Positions 12,319-23,310 of a DNA stretch of 64,000 bases are shown here, piece after piece. The stretch comes from Pirellulales bacterium. Lineage in GTDB: Bacteria; Planctomycetota; Planctomycetia; Pirellulales; PALSA-1355. Made by a program: the position numbers and the translations under genes. Under the pieces are notes generated by a model that worked only from the letters and a program-made list of their open reading frames with translations, had not been told where the DNA came from and searched no databases. The DNA lies in assembly GCA_963733035.1 (NCBI GenBank), contig CAVTBU010000007.1:352001-416000 (forward strand), read 5' to 3'. Positions within the stretch are counted from its first letter, which is position 1, and each line of letters begins with the position of its first letter.

Positions 12319-12430
12319 GGAAACCGGTCTCGCAAAGAAGATTCGTGGAAAGCGACCATATTAGCCCGAAGCGCCAGCCAGGGGAACCGGCCGGCATGCC
12401 AGGGCGAATCGCGCCGCGGGCCGCTGTGCG

Positions 12431-13696
12431 CTACCGTACGCGGCAGTTGAAGCGAACCAGGCCGCCTTCGCCCGGGGGCAGAGGATCGACGAAATCCCAG
12501 CGGAGAACGAGCGAGTCGCCGTCGTTCACCTCGGTCGTGAATTCGGCGCGGCGGCTGGCCTGCGCCGTCGTCGGCACGTATTCCAGCCGCGTCGTCAAAT
12601 TGTCGATCAGCACGACCCGCTTGATCGTTTGATCCCCCAGGTTGTCGAAGCGAATTGTGAAGTCGACGATCTCGCCCGGCTTGGCCACTTTCTTCGAGGC
12701 GATCTTGATAATCCTCAAGCAGGGCGAATTCGGCTCATCGTAGCGGTACGTGGCCTGGGCTCGCTGATCGCCCGTCACGTCGACGGCCTGCCTGCCGTCG
12801 AGCACCACCTGCACGGCCGCCTTATGGGTCCAAACAATGGCCGCATTGATACCTTCGAGCAGTCGCGCCTTCTCGGATTCCTCGAACATGCCGCGCTGCA
12901 TGACCAACAGATTCTCGTAGGTCGCAAAACCGTTCTCGATGCCGAGTACCGGTTGCAAGCTGATCGTCGGCAGCACAACCTCGTTCGTCCGCTCGATGCT
13001 CGGCTGACGCGTGGCGATGCCGCCTTGCGGGCTGATCGGTTGGATGGCCGTGGTGGCCAGGCTATCTTCGAGACCCTGGTGCGGCATCACCGGCTGATTG
13101 ATGCCCACGAGCTGATCGTTTTGCTGATTTTCGATGACGCTGGCCACGTGCCGCACCGCGGCAAACCGGGGTGCATACAGGCAGACGCGATTGCTCGGTT
13201 TGATGAGCGTGCGGCCGTCCTTGGTGTCGTAGATGGCCACGGTGTCTTCCATCTCCAGGCCGCGCACCTGGCCCTCGGGGCCGATGTTGACCTGCACGAA
13301 CTGATCGCCGCCGTCTTCCAAGTACTCGTCGCGAGGCCAGGGGCCGGCGATGCCCGGTGGCGTCCAGGGCGAGGCATTGATGATTGGGATCGGGTGGCCC
13401 TGGTAGTCCTGCGGTTCGACCGGCATGTGCGGCGTTTTTTCAATGGCCTGCGCGACTTGTTCGCCGGCGGGAATCGACTCGACCGGCGACTCGTCCGAGA
13501 CGACCACCGCCTCCGCGTCGCTCTCGACTTCCGCGGCGGCGGCCGTCTGTCCACCGCCCGCCGCACGATCCACGGGCAGTTCCGCTCTCGGCAGCGTTTG
13601 GCAGGAGGAGAGACACAACACGAGGACCAGCGCGGCCAGGCGGCGCGAGCCGGGCCGTTCGACGCCGTGCGAGGATGTCAGATGTTGTCGCTTCAT
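12431..13696 (-). CDS. DUF11-domain lipoprotein
   Basis: ATG overlaps upstream stop (ATGA); lipobox-like CLSSC; C-terminal K-x-A...PGEIVDFTIRFDNLGD...IDNL...LEYV. Confidence 0.7.
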   Translation of the reverse strand: MKRQHLTSSHGVERPGSRRLAALVLVLCLSSCQTLPRAELPVDRAAGGGQTAAAAEVESDAEAVVVSDESPVESIPAGEQVAQAIEKTPHMPVEPQDYQGHPIPIINASPWTPPGIAGPWPRDEYLEDGGDQFVQVNIGPEGQVRGLEMEDTVAIYDTKDGRTLIKPSNRVCLYAPRFAAVRHVASVIENQQNDQLVGINQPVMPHQGLEDSLATTAIQPISPQGGIATRQPSIERTNEVVLPTISLQPVLGIENGFATYENLLVMQRGMFEESEKARLLEGINAAIVWTHKAAVQVVLDGRQAVDVTGDQRAQATYRYDEPNSPCLRIIKIASKKVAKPGEIVDFTIRFDNLGDQTIKRVVLIDNLTTRLEYVPTTAQASRRAEFTTEVNDGDSLVLRWDFVDPLPPGEGGLVRFNCRVR

Positions 13697-14532
13697 CGGA
13701 TGCTCGTGCGTCGAAGAGGATTGCTGCGGATCGTCACGCTCGTGCGTAGCACGCGGCGGTCGACGCGTCCCGCGCCCGCCTGGGCGTCGTAAAGCACCTC
13801 GACCGGCGCCGTTTGCCGCGGATTCCAGCGAATCATCGGCGGGCACCCGTATAGGAAGGCGTTGTCCGGTCCGCCTGCATCGGGCACGCGCGCTCCCATC
13901 CGCAAGATGGCCATCGGCCGGCCCAGGCTATCGGCAACGTCCAGCGGATTGTCCCCCGCCTGAACTTCAAAATACGCTTGTTCGTCGTCATCGCGCGCAA
14001 TGGGCGCGGCCGCATCCGGATCTTCCAGATAAATGACCCGGGTGATGAACTTGCCGGAGGCCGCCATTTCGAGCTCTTCCTGCGTGAGCTCGATCGGGAT
14101 CGGGAATTTCAATTCCTGGCCGATCGGCGGATACAGCCGGTTGATGATTTCAACCGTCGGGTAAACTTCCAAGCCTTCCTGCAGCGGAATGTTGGTCACT
14201 CGCAGGCGATACACGGCGCCGATCAGGAGGCCGACTTTCAGTGCGCCGGGCCTCGGCTCCTCAAATCCGCCGCCGCCGGCCGGAGAAATCATCGTGCCTT
14301 CGGGCCCGCGAATCTCGACCGGCTGGAAGTATCCTGGCAATGGTCCGCCCCGCGTGAGTTGCTGGCTTCCAATCGCTCCCGGTGGCATGACACCCGCGTG
14401 ATTGTAGTGTACCGGTGGCGGGTCGGCGGCGAGCCTTGCCTCGCCACCTGCCCACACCAACACGCCGACAATCACAATGCCTGCGACTCGTACCGGCCCA
14501 AACCGGCTGCGGAGCTTACGGACCATTGTCAT
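13693..14532 (-). CDS. Conserved exported protein, paralog of 14678-15934
   Basis: YRLRVTNIP...EVYPTVEI...IPIELTQEE...SGKFITRVIYLEDP shared with neighbour. Confidence 0.7.
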   Translation of the reverse strand: MTMVRKLRSRFGPVRVAGIVIVGVLVWAGGEARLAADPPPVHYNHAGVMPPGAIGSQQLTRGGPLPGYFQPVEIRGPEGTMISPAGGGGFEEPRPGALKVGLLIGAVYRLRVTNIPLQEGLEVYPTVEIINRLYPPIGQELKFPIPIELTQEELEMAASGKFITRVIYLEDPDAAAPIARDDDEQAYFEVQAGDNPLDVADSLGRPMAILRMGARVPDAGGPDNAFLYGCPPMIRWNPRQTAPVEVLYDAQAGAGRVDRRVLRTSVTIRSNPLRRTSIR

Positions 14533-14677
14533 GGATACGTTCCGTCTTCCGAAAAGGGCGACGGGAACATTTTTTACTCCCGATTTCCCCAAGATGTGCC
14601 CGGCCCCGAGGTTTCGAGGCCGGACACGCTTACTCACACGCTCGTTACTTCACACGCGCGGGACGCACCCGCCACGA

Positions 14678-15934
14678 CTACTCGCAGTCCCAACCGTCGG
14701 GCACGTTGAAGTCGTGATCGTGCTTGTCGCCGAGAGGCTGGCGGAACAGCACCGGAGCCATGTGCTTGTGCTCGGTGATGTGTACGCGGTTGACCGGCTT
14801 CGGATAGCTGAAGCCAGGCTTCTCGGCCACGTTGATCTTGAACTTCTTGACCGGCGACGGGATGTGGAACTTGGTATGGTTCGCAATCACGTGCTTCTGC
14901 AAACCGGCGGGCACTCCCAACGGAACGTGCGGCGGACCGGGCAGACCAATCGGCGTGCCGCTCATCGGCATGCCATAGTTCGGCGCCGTTACACCAGCCA
15001 CGAACTGTGGTGGAACACCAGCGGGCAGCGCACCGGTCGGACCGGGGAAGCAGACGCCCTGGCCGCATCCGCCGGGACCACATCCGCCAGGCCCGCAACC
15101 CGGACCACCGGCACATGCCGGTCCACTGCCCGGACCACCGGGCATGCCGATGCCAGTCGGTGCGAAGGGCAGGGGACCACCGCCACCCGGCATGCCGATG
15201 AACTCGGCATCGCCACCGGGTACTTCCAGGTCCTTATTGCCCACTCGCACAATGGCCATGATCGCACCGCGACGGTCTGCCTCGACGATCGGATCGACGC
15301 CCGGATCAAGCCGAGTGCTGACCAGCGTCTCGACGTTCGCCAGCGCCAGCTCTTGATATTCGGGATCGGGCAGATAGATCACCTTGGTGACGAAGTTGCC
15401 CGAGAGCACCTGGTCGAAGTCTTCCTCGGTGAATTGCACCGGGATCGCGTTGTGTGCCAGGTAAGCAATGGTCCGCGGCGTGGGCGGGCCAATCTCAAGA
15501 GTCGGATACAACTCGACGCCCGCGCGCCCCGGGATGCTCGTCAGCTTGAGGCGATAGATCGCCCCTTGCGGAAAGTTGTACCGGCCTGGCACCACCAGCA
15601 CCTCGGAGTCAAACGCGCCGGGCTGGCCAATGTCCCAATTGATGTTCATCGAATCAGGACTGACGAACGCGACCTGCGAGGTCGGCGCCGGTCCCATGCC
15701 GCCCGGCGGCGTATAGGGCATCGGGCCAATGATGCCCGGGCCAGGGCCGCCGACGCCCGGGCCGGGTTCGGCCAATACTTGAGCCGGCGGAATGTTGTTG
15801 CGATGGGTAAATTTACCCAGCGGCGGGAGCAGCGACGTCTGGTCGTTGAACTCGCCATAGGGAGGATGCAGGAAGCAGCCGCTGGCGGCTAGCATCGCCA
15901 TCCCCACGAGAATCGAAGCCATGCGATGTTTCAT
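14678..15934 (-). CDS. Conserved lipoprotein with Gly/Pro/Cys-rich tail
   Basis: GGGGGAG RBS; lipobox LAASGC; YRLKLTSIP...ELYPTLEI...IPVQFTEED...SGNFVTKVIYLPDP; GPGGC repeats. Confidence 0.75.
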   Translation of the reverse strand: MKHRMASILVGMAMLAASGCFLHPPYGEFNDQTSLLPPLGKFTHRNNIPPAQVLAEPGPGVGGPGPGIIGPMPYTPPGGMGPAPTSQVAFVSPDSMNINWDIGQPGAFDSEVLVVPGRYNFPQGAIYRLKLTSIPGRAGVELYPTLEIGPPTPRTIAYLAHNAIPVQFTEEDFDQVLSGNFVTKVIYLPDPEYQELALANVETLVSTRLDPGVDPIVEADRRGAIMAIVRVGNKDLEVPGGDAEFIGMPGGGGPLPFAPTGIGMPGGPGSGPACAGGPGCGPGGCGPGGCGQGVCFPGPTGALPAGVPPQFVAGVTAPNYGMPMSGTPIGLPGPPHVPLGVPAGLQKHVIANHTKFHIPSPVKKFKINVAEKPGFSYPKPVNRVHITEHKHMAPVLFRQPLGDKHDHDFNVPDGWDCE

Positions 15935-16247
15935 GAAACTCCCCCCAAAAAACGCCTCATCGCCTCCGACTCGCCAAATCCATTGGCGGCCCGACGAGCT
16001 CGACGGCGTGACCCGAAGTTGTGTGGTCCTTTTTAAGCCCCGCAAGTGCCTGCCTGACAATCCTTTGGGATTGAGATAGACCCTTTCCGGGCATCACTTT
16101 ACAATTCCCGACCGCATCGCCGTCGCCATCCGTTTTGCAGCCGGCACGAAACTCAAGCGCACTGGCCGCCGGTGACGGAACACGGCGATGTTATGATCGT
16201 CGGCCTCCTACAATCGGTTTCTTTGGCAAATCCGACAAAACCGGAAC

Positions 16248-17210
16248 ATGATGAAGAGCTTGCCCATTCTTGCCCTCTTGACGGCTGCGTTTTCAGCCGT
16301 CATCGCCAGGGCGCAAGCTCCGCCGCCAACCGCCGCCGGCGCGTCCCAAGCCGCCACTGCTAGCGGTCCGCAAGGCGACGCGATGATCGCGCAGGTGGTC
16401 GCCAATCTCGACGCGCTGCCGGCCATCTCGGCCAAGATTCGTCACCGCGTCCAGATCTCCGGGCGAACCATAATTGGCACGGGCGAATACTTGCAGCAGG
16501 GCAGGGGATGGCAACGCGCGTATCGTTTGAATATCGAGCTGCGCACTTCGCTCTTCGCCACCTCAATTGAACACGTTTGCGACGGGCAGCGATTGTGGAT
16601 GTTCGAAGAACTTGACGAAGCCAAAGACCTGACCGTCATCGACGTCGCCCGCCTGCAACGCGCCCGCGCAAAATCTCAGGCCTCGCCACCTTCACCGATG
16701 CCCTGGATATCGCTCGGCGGATTGCCGAAGCTGGCGCTTGGCCTCAAGCAGTCGTTCCACTTTGGGGAAGTTGTGCAGAGCCGTTTGGACGACTTGCCGG
16801 TGTGGACCATCGAAGGCAAATGGAAATCGCCGCGGCTCGCCCAACTCCTGCCCGAACAGGCTGACACGATTAAATCCGGCGGCCAGGCAGACCTGAACCA
16901 GCTGACGCCCAACGTGCCGCATCGAGTCGTGTTGCACCTAGGCTGCGACGATCTGTTTCCCTATCGCATCGAATACTGGCGCACTGACACCGGCCCGGAG
17001 GGCGAGAACCTCAAACCCGTACAAAAGCTGATGGCCGTCGTCGAGTGGTACGAAGTGCGGCTGGGAGTGCCGGTCGATCCGTCACGATTTGTCTACCGGC
17101 CGCCGGACAATTTGACGCCGGTCGACCGCACGAGCGCCTGGCTCGATCGCCTGGGTCTCGAGGATCCGCCGCCGGCCGAAGCCAACCGCCGCCCACGTTC
17201 GCGACGCTAA
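16248..17210 (+). CDS. Secreted LolA-like hypothetical protein
   Basis: Signal peptide; VCDGQRLW, FPYRIEY, RFVYRPP patterns. Confidence 0.6.
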   Translation: MMKSLPILALLTAAFSAVIARAQAPPPTAAGASQAATASGPQGDAMIAQVVANLDALPAISAKIRHRVQISGRTIIGTGEYLQQGRGWQRAYRLNIELRTSLFATSIEHVCDGQRLWMFEELDEAKDLTVIDVARLQRARAKSQASPPSPMPWISLGGLPKLALGLKQSFHFGEVVQSRLDDLPVWTIEGKWKSPRLAQLLPEQADTIKSGGQADLNQLTPNVPHRVVLHLGCDDLFPYRIEYWRTDTGPEGENLKPVQKLMAVVEWYEVRLGVPVDPSRFVYRPPDNLTPVDRTSAWLDRLGLEDPPPAEANRRPRSRR

Positions 17211-17229
17211 GATTCCTTCGGCTTTGCGA

Positions 17230-18279
17230 CTATCGCACTTCCGCCCGCCGGCTGTCGCGCAGTGGGCTCAACGCCAATCGGCTGGCGACGCGCAGGGCTT
17301 CGACCATACTTGTCGTTTCGGCGCGGCCCTGCCAGGCCAGGTCAAACGCGGTACCGTGGGCAACGCTGGTCCGCACAATCGGCAGCCCAAGCGTGACGTT
17401 CACCGCGCGGTGCATCGCCAACAGCTTGATCGCAATGTGACCCTGATCGTGGTACATCGCTACGACGGCGTCGAACTCGCCGTCGCGCGCTCGGGCAATC
17501 AGCGTATCGGCCGGTAGTGGACCCGTCAGATCGAGGCCCTCGGTAACGCCGCGCTCGACGGCGGGGCGGATGATGGTTTGCTCCTCGTCGCCAAACAATC
17601 CACCTTCGCCGGCATGTGGATTGAGCGCGCACACGCCGACGCGGGGCAGGGCGCCCTTGAACTCCTGCATCACGCGCGACACGAGCCGCGACTTGCGGAG
17701 CACGGCTTCCTCGTTTAACGCTGCCAGCGCCTTTACCACCGACACATGAAGTGTCACGTGCACGATGGCCAGGCCCGCCGCTCCACGCACCGCTTCGCCA
17801 GGGCCGAGATAAAGCATCATTGCGAAGTCGTCCACCCCGCACAGTTCGGCCAAAAGCTCCGTGTGCCCCGGGTACTCGTGTCCCGCTTTCCACAGAGCGC
17901 CTTTGTGCAAAGGGGCCGTCGTAATTCCTTCCACGCGACCGGCAAGCGCCAAGCCTGCGGCCGCAATTAAGGCGTCGTAGGCCGCCTGGCCCGCGCGGGC
18001 GTCGATCGCACCGGGTGTGATATCCAGCACGTCGTCGCGAACAACTTTCAGACAGGGGATCGTCTCGGCCGACGGCGCCGCTTGCTCCGGCGAGTCGATT
18101 TCAATTACTTGCAGCGGAAGCCGCAGCAGTTGCACTGCGCGGCGGAGAATTTCCGGATGGCCGGCGACCAAAGGTCGGCAGAACCCATGCACGGCCGGAT
18201 CGGTCCAAGCGCCGACGATCGTTTCCGGCCCGATTCCGGCCGGATCGCCCAGCGTGATGGCAATGCGAGGTAGCGTCAT
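17230..18279 (-). CDS. pdxA: 4-hydroxythreonine-4-phosphate dehydrogenase
   Basis: ITLGDPAGIGPE, TAPLHK, GHTE, LNPHAGE, MYHDQG, RTSVAHGTAFD. Confidence 0.96.
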   Translation of the reverse strand: MTLPRIAITLGDPAGIGPETIVGAWTDPAVHGFCRPLVAGHPEILRRAVQLLRLPLQVIEIDSPEQAAPSAETIPCLKVVRDDVLDITPGAIDARAGQAAYDALIAAAGLALAGRVEGITTAPLHKGALWKAGHEYPGHTELLAELCGVDDFAMMLYLGPGEAVRGAAGLAIVHVTLHVSVVKALAALNEEAVLRKSRLVSRVMQEFKGALPRVGVCALNPHAGEGGLFGDEEQTIIRPAVERGVTEGLDLTGPLPADTLIARARDGEFDAVVAMYHDQGHIAIKLLAMHRAVNVTLGLPIVRTSVAHGTAFDLAWQGRAETTSMVEALRVASRLALSPLRDSRRAEVR

Positions 18280-18406
18280 AATTGGATTTTAGTCCACCTG
18301 GGCGGCTGGACGAAGCGGCGCCGTCGAGTATCTAATACGGTATTGCCGCTTTGCTGGGGCGAGCTCGCTGGCTCGTCTTGTCTCCCTACCAATCGACTCC
18401 CACACG

Positions 18407-18952
18407 ATGACTCGCATTTTTATTTCCCTGGCCTGGTTTGCGCTCGTCATGATGGGAGCCACGCTCATCATCGGACTGTCGATCGGCGATTTGCATACCG
18501 ACCGTTCGCCCGACATGTTGCGCTGGGCCACCGTGCACCGGTTGGCCGGCGTGGCGACCGCGCTGACCGTGGTACTGGTGCACAGCATTGTGGTTACCTA
18601 CTTTGTTGGCACCAGCCGTTGGGTGAAGGAAGTCAGCGAAGCTTACGACCTGGGCGCTCCCTTTCTAGTTCGCGCCAATACACTCAAGCGACGTACTTTT
18701 CCCTGGGCCGTGATGGGCATGTTGGCCGTCGTTGGCGTGATTGCCTTGGGTGGCGCCGCCGACCCGGCTTCCGGAATACGGAATTCCGTGAATTGGGTCA
18801 CGCCGCATCTCGTTGGCGCAATGGCCGGCCTGGTGTTCATCGCCTGGTGTTTTTTCATCGAGTGGAACAACATTCACGCGAATCACCAGGTGATTGCCGA
18901 CGTGCTGACCGAAGTGCACCGCATTCGGGCCGAGCGCGGTCTGGAAGTTTAG
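18407..18952 (+). CDS. Hypothetical 4-TM membrane protein with intramembrane His residues
   Basis: Four hydrophobic segments; YFVGTSRWVKEV motif. Confidence 0.65.
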   Translation: MTRIFISLAWFALVMMGATLIIGLSIGDLHTDRSPDMLRWATVHRLAGVATALTVVLVHSIVVTYFVGTSRWVKEVSEAYDLGAPFLVRANTLKRRTFPWAVMGMLAVVGVIALGGAADPASGIRNSVNWVTPHLVGAMAGLVFIAWCFFIEWNNIHANHQVIADVLTEVHRIRAERGLEV

Positions 18953-18988
18953 CACGCGGGTGTTGCCCGGTCAGGCCTTTCCGTCGTG

Positions 18989-19939
18989 TCAGTGCGCGTG
19001 GTCATGCGCTTCGTGGTCGTGTGGCTCTGCGACGGTCGAGCGCGTCGATTCGTTCTGACCGTGGAAATGATCGTGGCCGCCGACTTCCAGAAAAACGGTT
19101 CCCCAGGCCAGGGCGATGCCGGCCAAGAGCGATACCGAAAGTGTCAGCCGATCGTGACGGTGAAACTGCAATTCCGGCAGCAGGTCGCCCGTCGCAATAC
19201 AGAGGAACGCGCCGGCCGCGAAGCCCAGCGTTTGACCCAGTCCGAAGCTGGATCCGGCCGCGGTTGAGGAGAGGGTGTAAAACAGTGCGACCCCCAGGGG
19301 CGTGACCAGTGCGTAGCCGGCATTGAAAAGATGTCTCGCCCAGGGGCTTTGCCCCGCCGCGGCCATCATGGTGCCGATCGTGAGCGAGTCAAACGGCTTG
19401 TGCAGCGCCACGGCCAGACAAGCCCCGATGCCGGCCAGCATCACGTCGTGGCCTTCTTCCGATTTCACGGCCGCCGCCATCGCCAGGCCGTCGACCAGTC
19501 CGTGCAGCGTCAATCCAATGGCCACGCCTACCCAGGGAAACACCGCCCGCGGAATGCCGTGGTGGTGATGGTGATGATCCGCGCCATGAGAATGTTCGTG
19601 TTCGTGATGAGCAACCGCGGGCACGATTGGCGCTTTATCGAGTGATTGGCTATCGCCCGGGGCGTCGTGGTGATGGAAATGAAAGAATCGCTCGAGGAAG
19701 AACATGAAGAGGAAACCCGCCAGCATCCACAGCGCGGTCCGATCGATCGAGCGCAACTCGCCAAAGCTGTGGGGGAGCAAGTGCAACAATGCGATGCCCA
19801 GCACGATCCCCGATACGAAACTGATGGCGATTTGCATCCGGCGATGCGTGAGCTGCATGACCAAAGGCACCCAGCCGCCGGCCAGTGAGGCCGCCACGCA
19901 AACAAGCGAGTAGACGGCGAGCAATACGATGGGGTGCAT
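18989..19939 (-). CDS. ZIP family divalent metal transporter
   Basis: LHLLPH, His-rich loop, LHGLVDG, LHKPFD, DLLPE. Confidence 0.9.
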   Translation of the reverse strand: MHPIVLLAVYSLVCVAASLAGGWVPLVMQLTHRRMQIAISFVSGIVLGIALLHLLPHSFGELRSIDRTALWMLAGFLFMFFLERFFHFHHHDAPGDSQSLDKAPIVPAVAHHEHEHSHGADHHHHHHGIPRAVFPWVGVAIGLTLHGLVDGLAMAAAVKSEEGHDVMLAGIGACLAVALHKPFDSLTIGTMMAAAGQSPWARHLFNAGYALVTPLGVALFYTLSSTAAGSSFGLGQTLGFAAGAFLCIATGDLLPELQFHRHDRLTLSVSLLAGIALAWGTVFLEVGGHDHFHGQNESTRSTVAEPHDHEAHDHAH

Positions 19940-20107
19940 GAGGGACGCCTTCCGTAAACCACAAAGTATGGCATCAGCAATTCAATTGCACCAGGGGAGC
20001 GAGTGGCCGTGTGGAGTGTGTCTTTGCATTTGACGCTCGTGCCGCGCGGCTGCCGGCGATAGATTGAAGGAAAGTCGCTGAGTACCGTCAGGCAGTTGGT
20101 GAGTCGC

Positions 20108-20557
20108 ATGCGTGCTTGTGTTCAACGAGTCAGCCAGGCTCAGGTGGTCGTCGAAGGGGACGTCTGCGGTCGAATTGGAGCAGGCGTGGTCGTGCTATTG
20201 GGCGTTGCCGCGGGGGACACGCCCGATGACGTGCGGGCGATGGCCGACAAGATCGTCGATCTGCGGATCTTCGGCGACGACGAAGGCAAGATGAACCGCT
20301 CGCTGATCGACACCGGCGGCGCGATGCTGGTGGTGAGTCAGTTCACGCTGCTTGGCGATTGTCGCAAGGGACGCCGGCCGAGCTACGTCGCGGCCGCTGC
20401 GCCGGAGTTGGCCGAGTCGCTGTACGAGCAGTTCGTAGCCGCCGTCCAGCAGCGAGGCATCGAAGTGGCCACGGGAAAGTTTCGCCGCCACATGGACGTC
20501 ACGCTCACCAACGACGGGCCGGTCACGCTGCTATTGGATAGCCGCCGCGAGTTCTAG
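20108..20557 (+). CDS. dtd: D-aminoacyl-tRNA deacylase
   Basis: [25 protein letters not shown]. Confidence 0.97.
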   Translation: MRACVQRVSQAQVVVEGDVCGRIGAGVVVLLGVAAGDTPDDVRAMADKIVDLRIFGDDEGKMNRSLIDTGGAMLVVSQFTLLGDCRKGRRPSYVAAAAPELAESLYEQFVAAVQQRGIEVATGKFRRHMDVTLTNDGPVTLLLDSRREF

Positions 20558-20596
20558 GGCAGGGGCGCCAGCGGGGCAGGGGGACTTCGAAGCCGC

Positions 20597-21297
20597 TTAC
20601 AACGGATGACTATCCGGTTGCGTGGCAACTCGATCGGGATGCGTCTCGGGCGCGAGCGGTTGCGTGTCGGGCATCGGCGATGGGTCGGCCGTGATCAGTA
20701 GCGCGAGCACGAGCACGCCTGAGTACGCTACCATGTTGGCCCACCAGCAGTCGCTATAGAATTTGATCGCCGTGCCGAACGAACTCTTCAGGCGGAAATG
20801 CCGGAAGTCGATGCTCCAAATCTCATCGAGGACGAGATGTGAGGCAAAGCCCAGCATCACGGCCGACGCGAAGAACACCCGCGCCCACGGATTCTCGTGA
20901 TCGCAAATCAGGTAGGTAAGTTCGCCGACAATGGCCAGCGCCGGCAAACTATGAAAAATACCCCGATGAACCGTGACGGATTTTAGCAATCGCCCCATGC
21001 CGAAGCGTATCAGCAGGTAAACCAGCGCACCGGCGAGCACCATTGTGTCGGGCGCCATGTGAAAACGCTGCCAACGATGGATCAACAGCAGCGGCACCAC
21101 GGCGGCCGTGAACGACACGCTTTCGCGCAAGGGCGCCCCGGGCCGCTATCGAGATCCGGCAACATGCCCGACACGCCGCACAGTCCGGCACCCAGCATGC
21201 AGGTCGGCCAGGGCGTGTCGTAAAACATGAAGGCGCCCGTGCCGTAGGCGGCGCCCAATACCGAACTGGTGGTGATGTGCGTCTTGAATCCAGCCAT
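20597..21297 (-). CDS. Inner-membrane metal-dependent hydrolase (YdjM-like); 1-nt frameshift near 21133, probably an error
   Basis: MAGFKTH...LPDLDS in one frame, HRGIFHS and SHLVLDE in another. Confidence 0.8.
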
Positions 21298-21623
21298 GCG
21301 TCGGCGTCCTTGCCAAGAAGTCGGGGTTGCTAGCGAATAAGTAAACGGGACACGAGCCGCCCCGCGGCCAACAAACTGCGAACCGGGGGCGAAACTGTAT
21401 CGCAGCGGCGAGGCCGGGGCCAAGAGCAGATTTCTCCTCCGCCGCTCCAGCCGGGATACAATGCGAACTTTAGGACTAGCCGCGACAATCGGACCTGCGG
21501 TTTCCCGGCGATGGGCTTTGGTGCCGAAGCGGCGTCTTGTATACTCCCGCGGCCTATTCGCCGGCCATGCTAGCTTTGCGGTGAGCATTTGAGCGGCAGC
21601 TTCCGACGGAGGTAAAGTCGAGC

Positions 21624-22187
21624 GTGGAGATTTACGATATTTGCATGCTGGTCGTGCTGGTGGCGGCCACGCTGTTTGGTGCCTGGAAGGGCATGGCCTG
21701 GCAAATTGCCAGTCTGGCCAGCCTGGTGCTGAGCTATTTCGTCGCACTGCGATTCAGCCAGCAGCTGGCGCCCACGTTTGGCGAGCAAGCACCGCTCAAT
21801 CGCTTCATCGCGATGCTCGTGCTCTACGTCGGCACGTCGCTGGCGGTGTGGTTCTTGTTTCGCATTGTGGCCGGGTTTATCAACCGCGTGCGACTGCGCG
21901 AGTTCGATCGCCAGATGGGCGCCCTGGTCGGCGCGGCCAAAGGCGTCCTGCTGTGCGTGGCAATTACGTTTTTCGCGGTCACGCTTTCCGAGCGAGCGCG
22001 AGTGGCCGTGCTGCATTCGAAGTCGGGCTTTGTGATCGCCCAGCTTTTGGACCGCGCCGAAGGCGTCATGCCGCGCAAATTGCACGAGGTGCTCGACCCC
22101 TACCTGCACCGGCTGGAAAACGAGCTACAAAAGCCGCCGCCCGAGTCGCGCACCGCGGCGAGTCAAACCTGGCTGCGTGGCGCGTAG
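21624..22187 (+). CDS. CvpA (colicin V production) family membrane protein
   Basis: GGAGGT RBS, GTG start; GAWKG...Q, DRQMGALVGAAKG motifs. Confidence 0.85.
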   Translation: MEIYDICMLVVLVAATLFGAWKGMAWQIASLASLVLSYFVALRFSQQLAPTFGEQAPLNRFIAMLVLYVGTSLAVWFLFRIVAGFINRVRLREFDRQMGALVGAAKGVLLCVAITFFAVTLSERARVAVLHSKSGFVIAQLLDRAEGVMPRKLHEVLDPYLHRLENELQKPPPESRTAASQTWLRGA

Positions 22188-23310
22188 GCAATTCAAGCGG
22201 CGGTTGCGCTTACGCGGTTACCGTGCGACGTTCCAATAACTTCTTCAGATAGAAGCTTGCCCGCTTTTGCGGAGCATTCTTCTGTGGTCGCCCCTTGTGA
22301 CTATAGAGGCGAACCTCCACCGGATCGCTGTCAGAATCGTCTACGATCCGTCGCTCGATTCGGTACCACGAGAAAGGGGCAGTCCACCCTCGCTTTACGG
22401 CTGCCTCGGCCGCGCGCAGCGAAGACGTCAATTGTCTCGTCCACAATCCCACTGGTCGTCATTTCACAGATGATCACGACCCAAATTGAATTCAATCGCG
22501 TAGCCATGAGCACAATTTAGCGGGAGAGGAAGATGATGACGAACGCCCTACCCTTATCCAAGTTGAGCAGCACGTGGTGTGCGAACTAAATGGCCAGGCG
22601 GTCGAGGATGCCGGTTCGTCCGCCCCCGACCCCGCCAGATACCACAGCCGCGTCCAGCCGAGCGCACGGGATATGCGTGATCGATCTCATAAGCTGACCA
22701 GAGATTCTCGGTCAAAGCCCCGGGCGATTCCCCCCCACGTGACCGGTGTCCCTCGGCGGCCGGCACAACCGTCAGCGCATGCGCGCGGCAGGGGGGCCGG
22801 ATGAACTTCGACGCTCTAATGCCTTCCCAAATCGAACCCAAAATGCATGTCGCATGCGAGCTCATTTTCACGCGCGCACCCGACGTCGCGAAGCAGGCAG
22901 GGGAGGGTCAAATTCCGGCGCTTTCGAGTGCCCGATTCACGCCACGATTTTGCGCCGTCGTCGACCGTCGCGAGATGACTCACCAACAACACGAAACCAC
23001 TGCGACCACCGGCAGGGCAACGTAAGACGCGGCGAATTGCAGCTGCGTGGAAACCCTTTAAAATGTGGCACTTCCGAGGCCAAAACCGAACATAAGAAAC
23101 ATTATCGGACGTTGGGAGCAGGCAGCAAGACGGGCTTCCCTGTGGCCTGGTAAACGTTCGAAACCGTTCGCGTCGATGTTTGATTCGCGATCAGAAACGA
23201 TCGCGTCTGGAGCCCGATTTCGAGGCGATTTCCCGCGAGGACCCGCAAATGGCCGCGGGCACGGTACCGCGAAACTTGCTCTGCCAGCAGGATTCCGCGC
23301 GAGTCGAATC

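Noticed and set aside
22520..23300. Long intergenic regions (also 36100-36800, 38140-38600, 59700-60400) as ncRNA or riboswitch loci
   Set aside because: No tRNA, rRNA or riboswitch consensus recognised by eye; an Rfam/Infernal scan would be needed.
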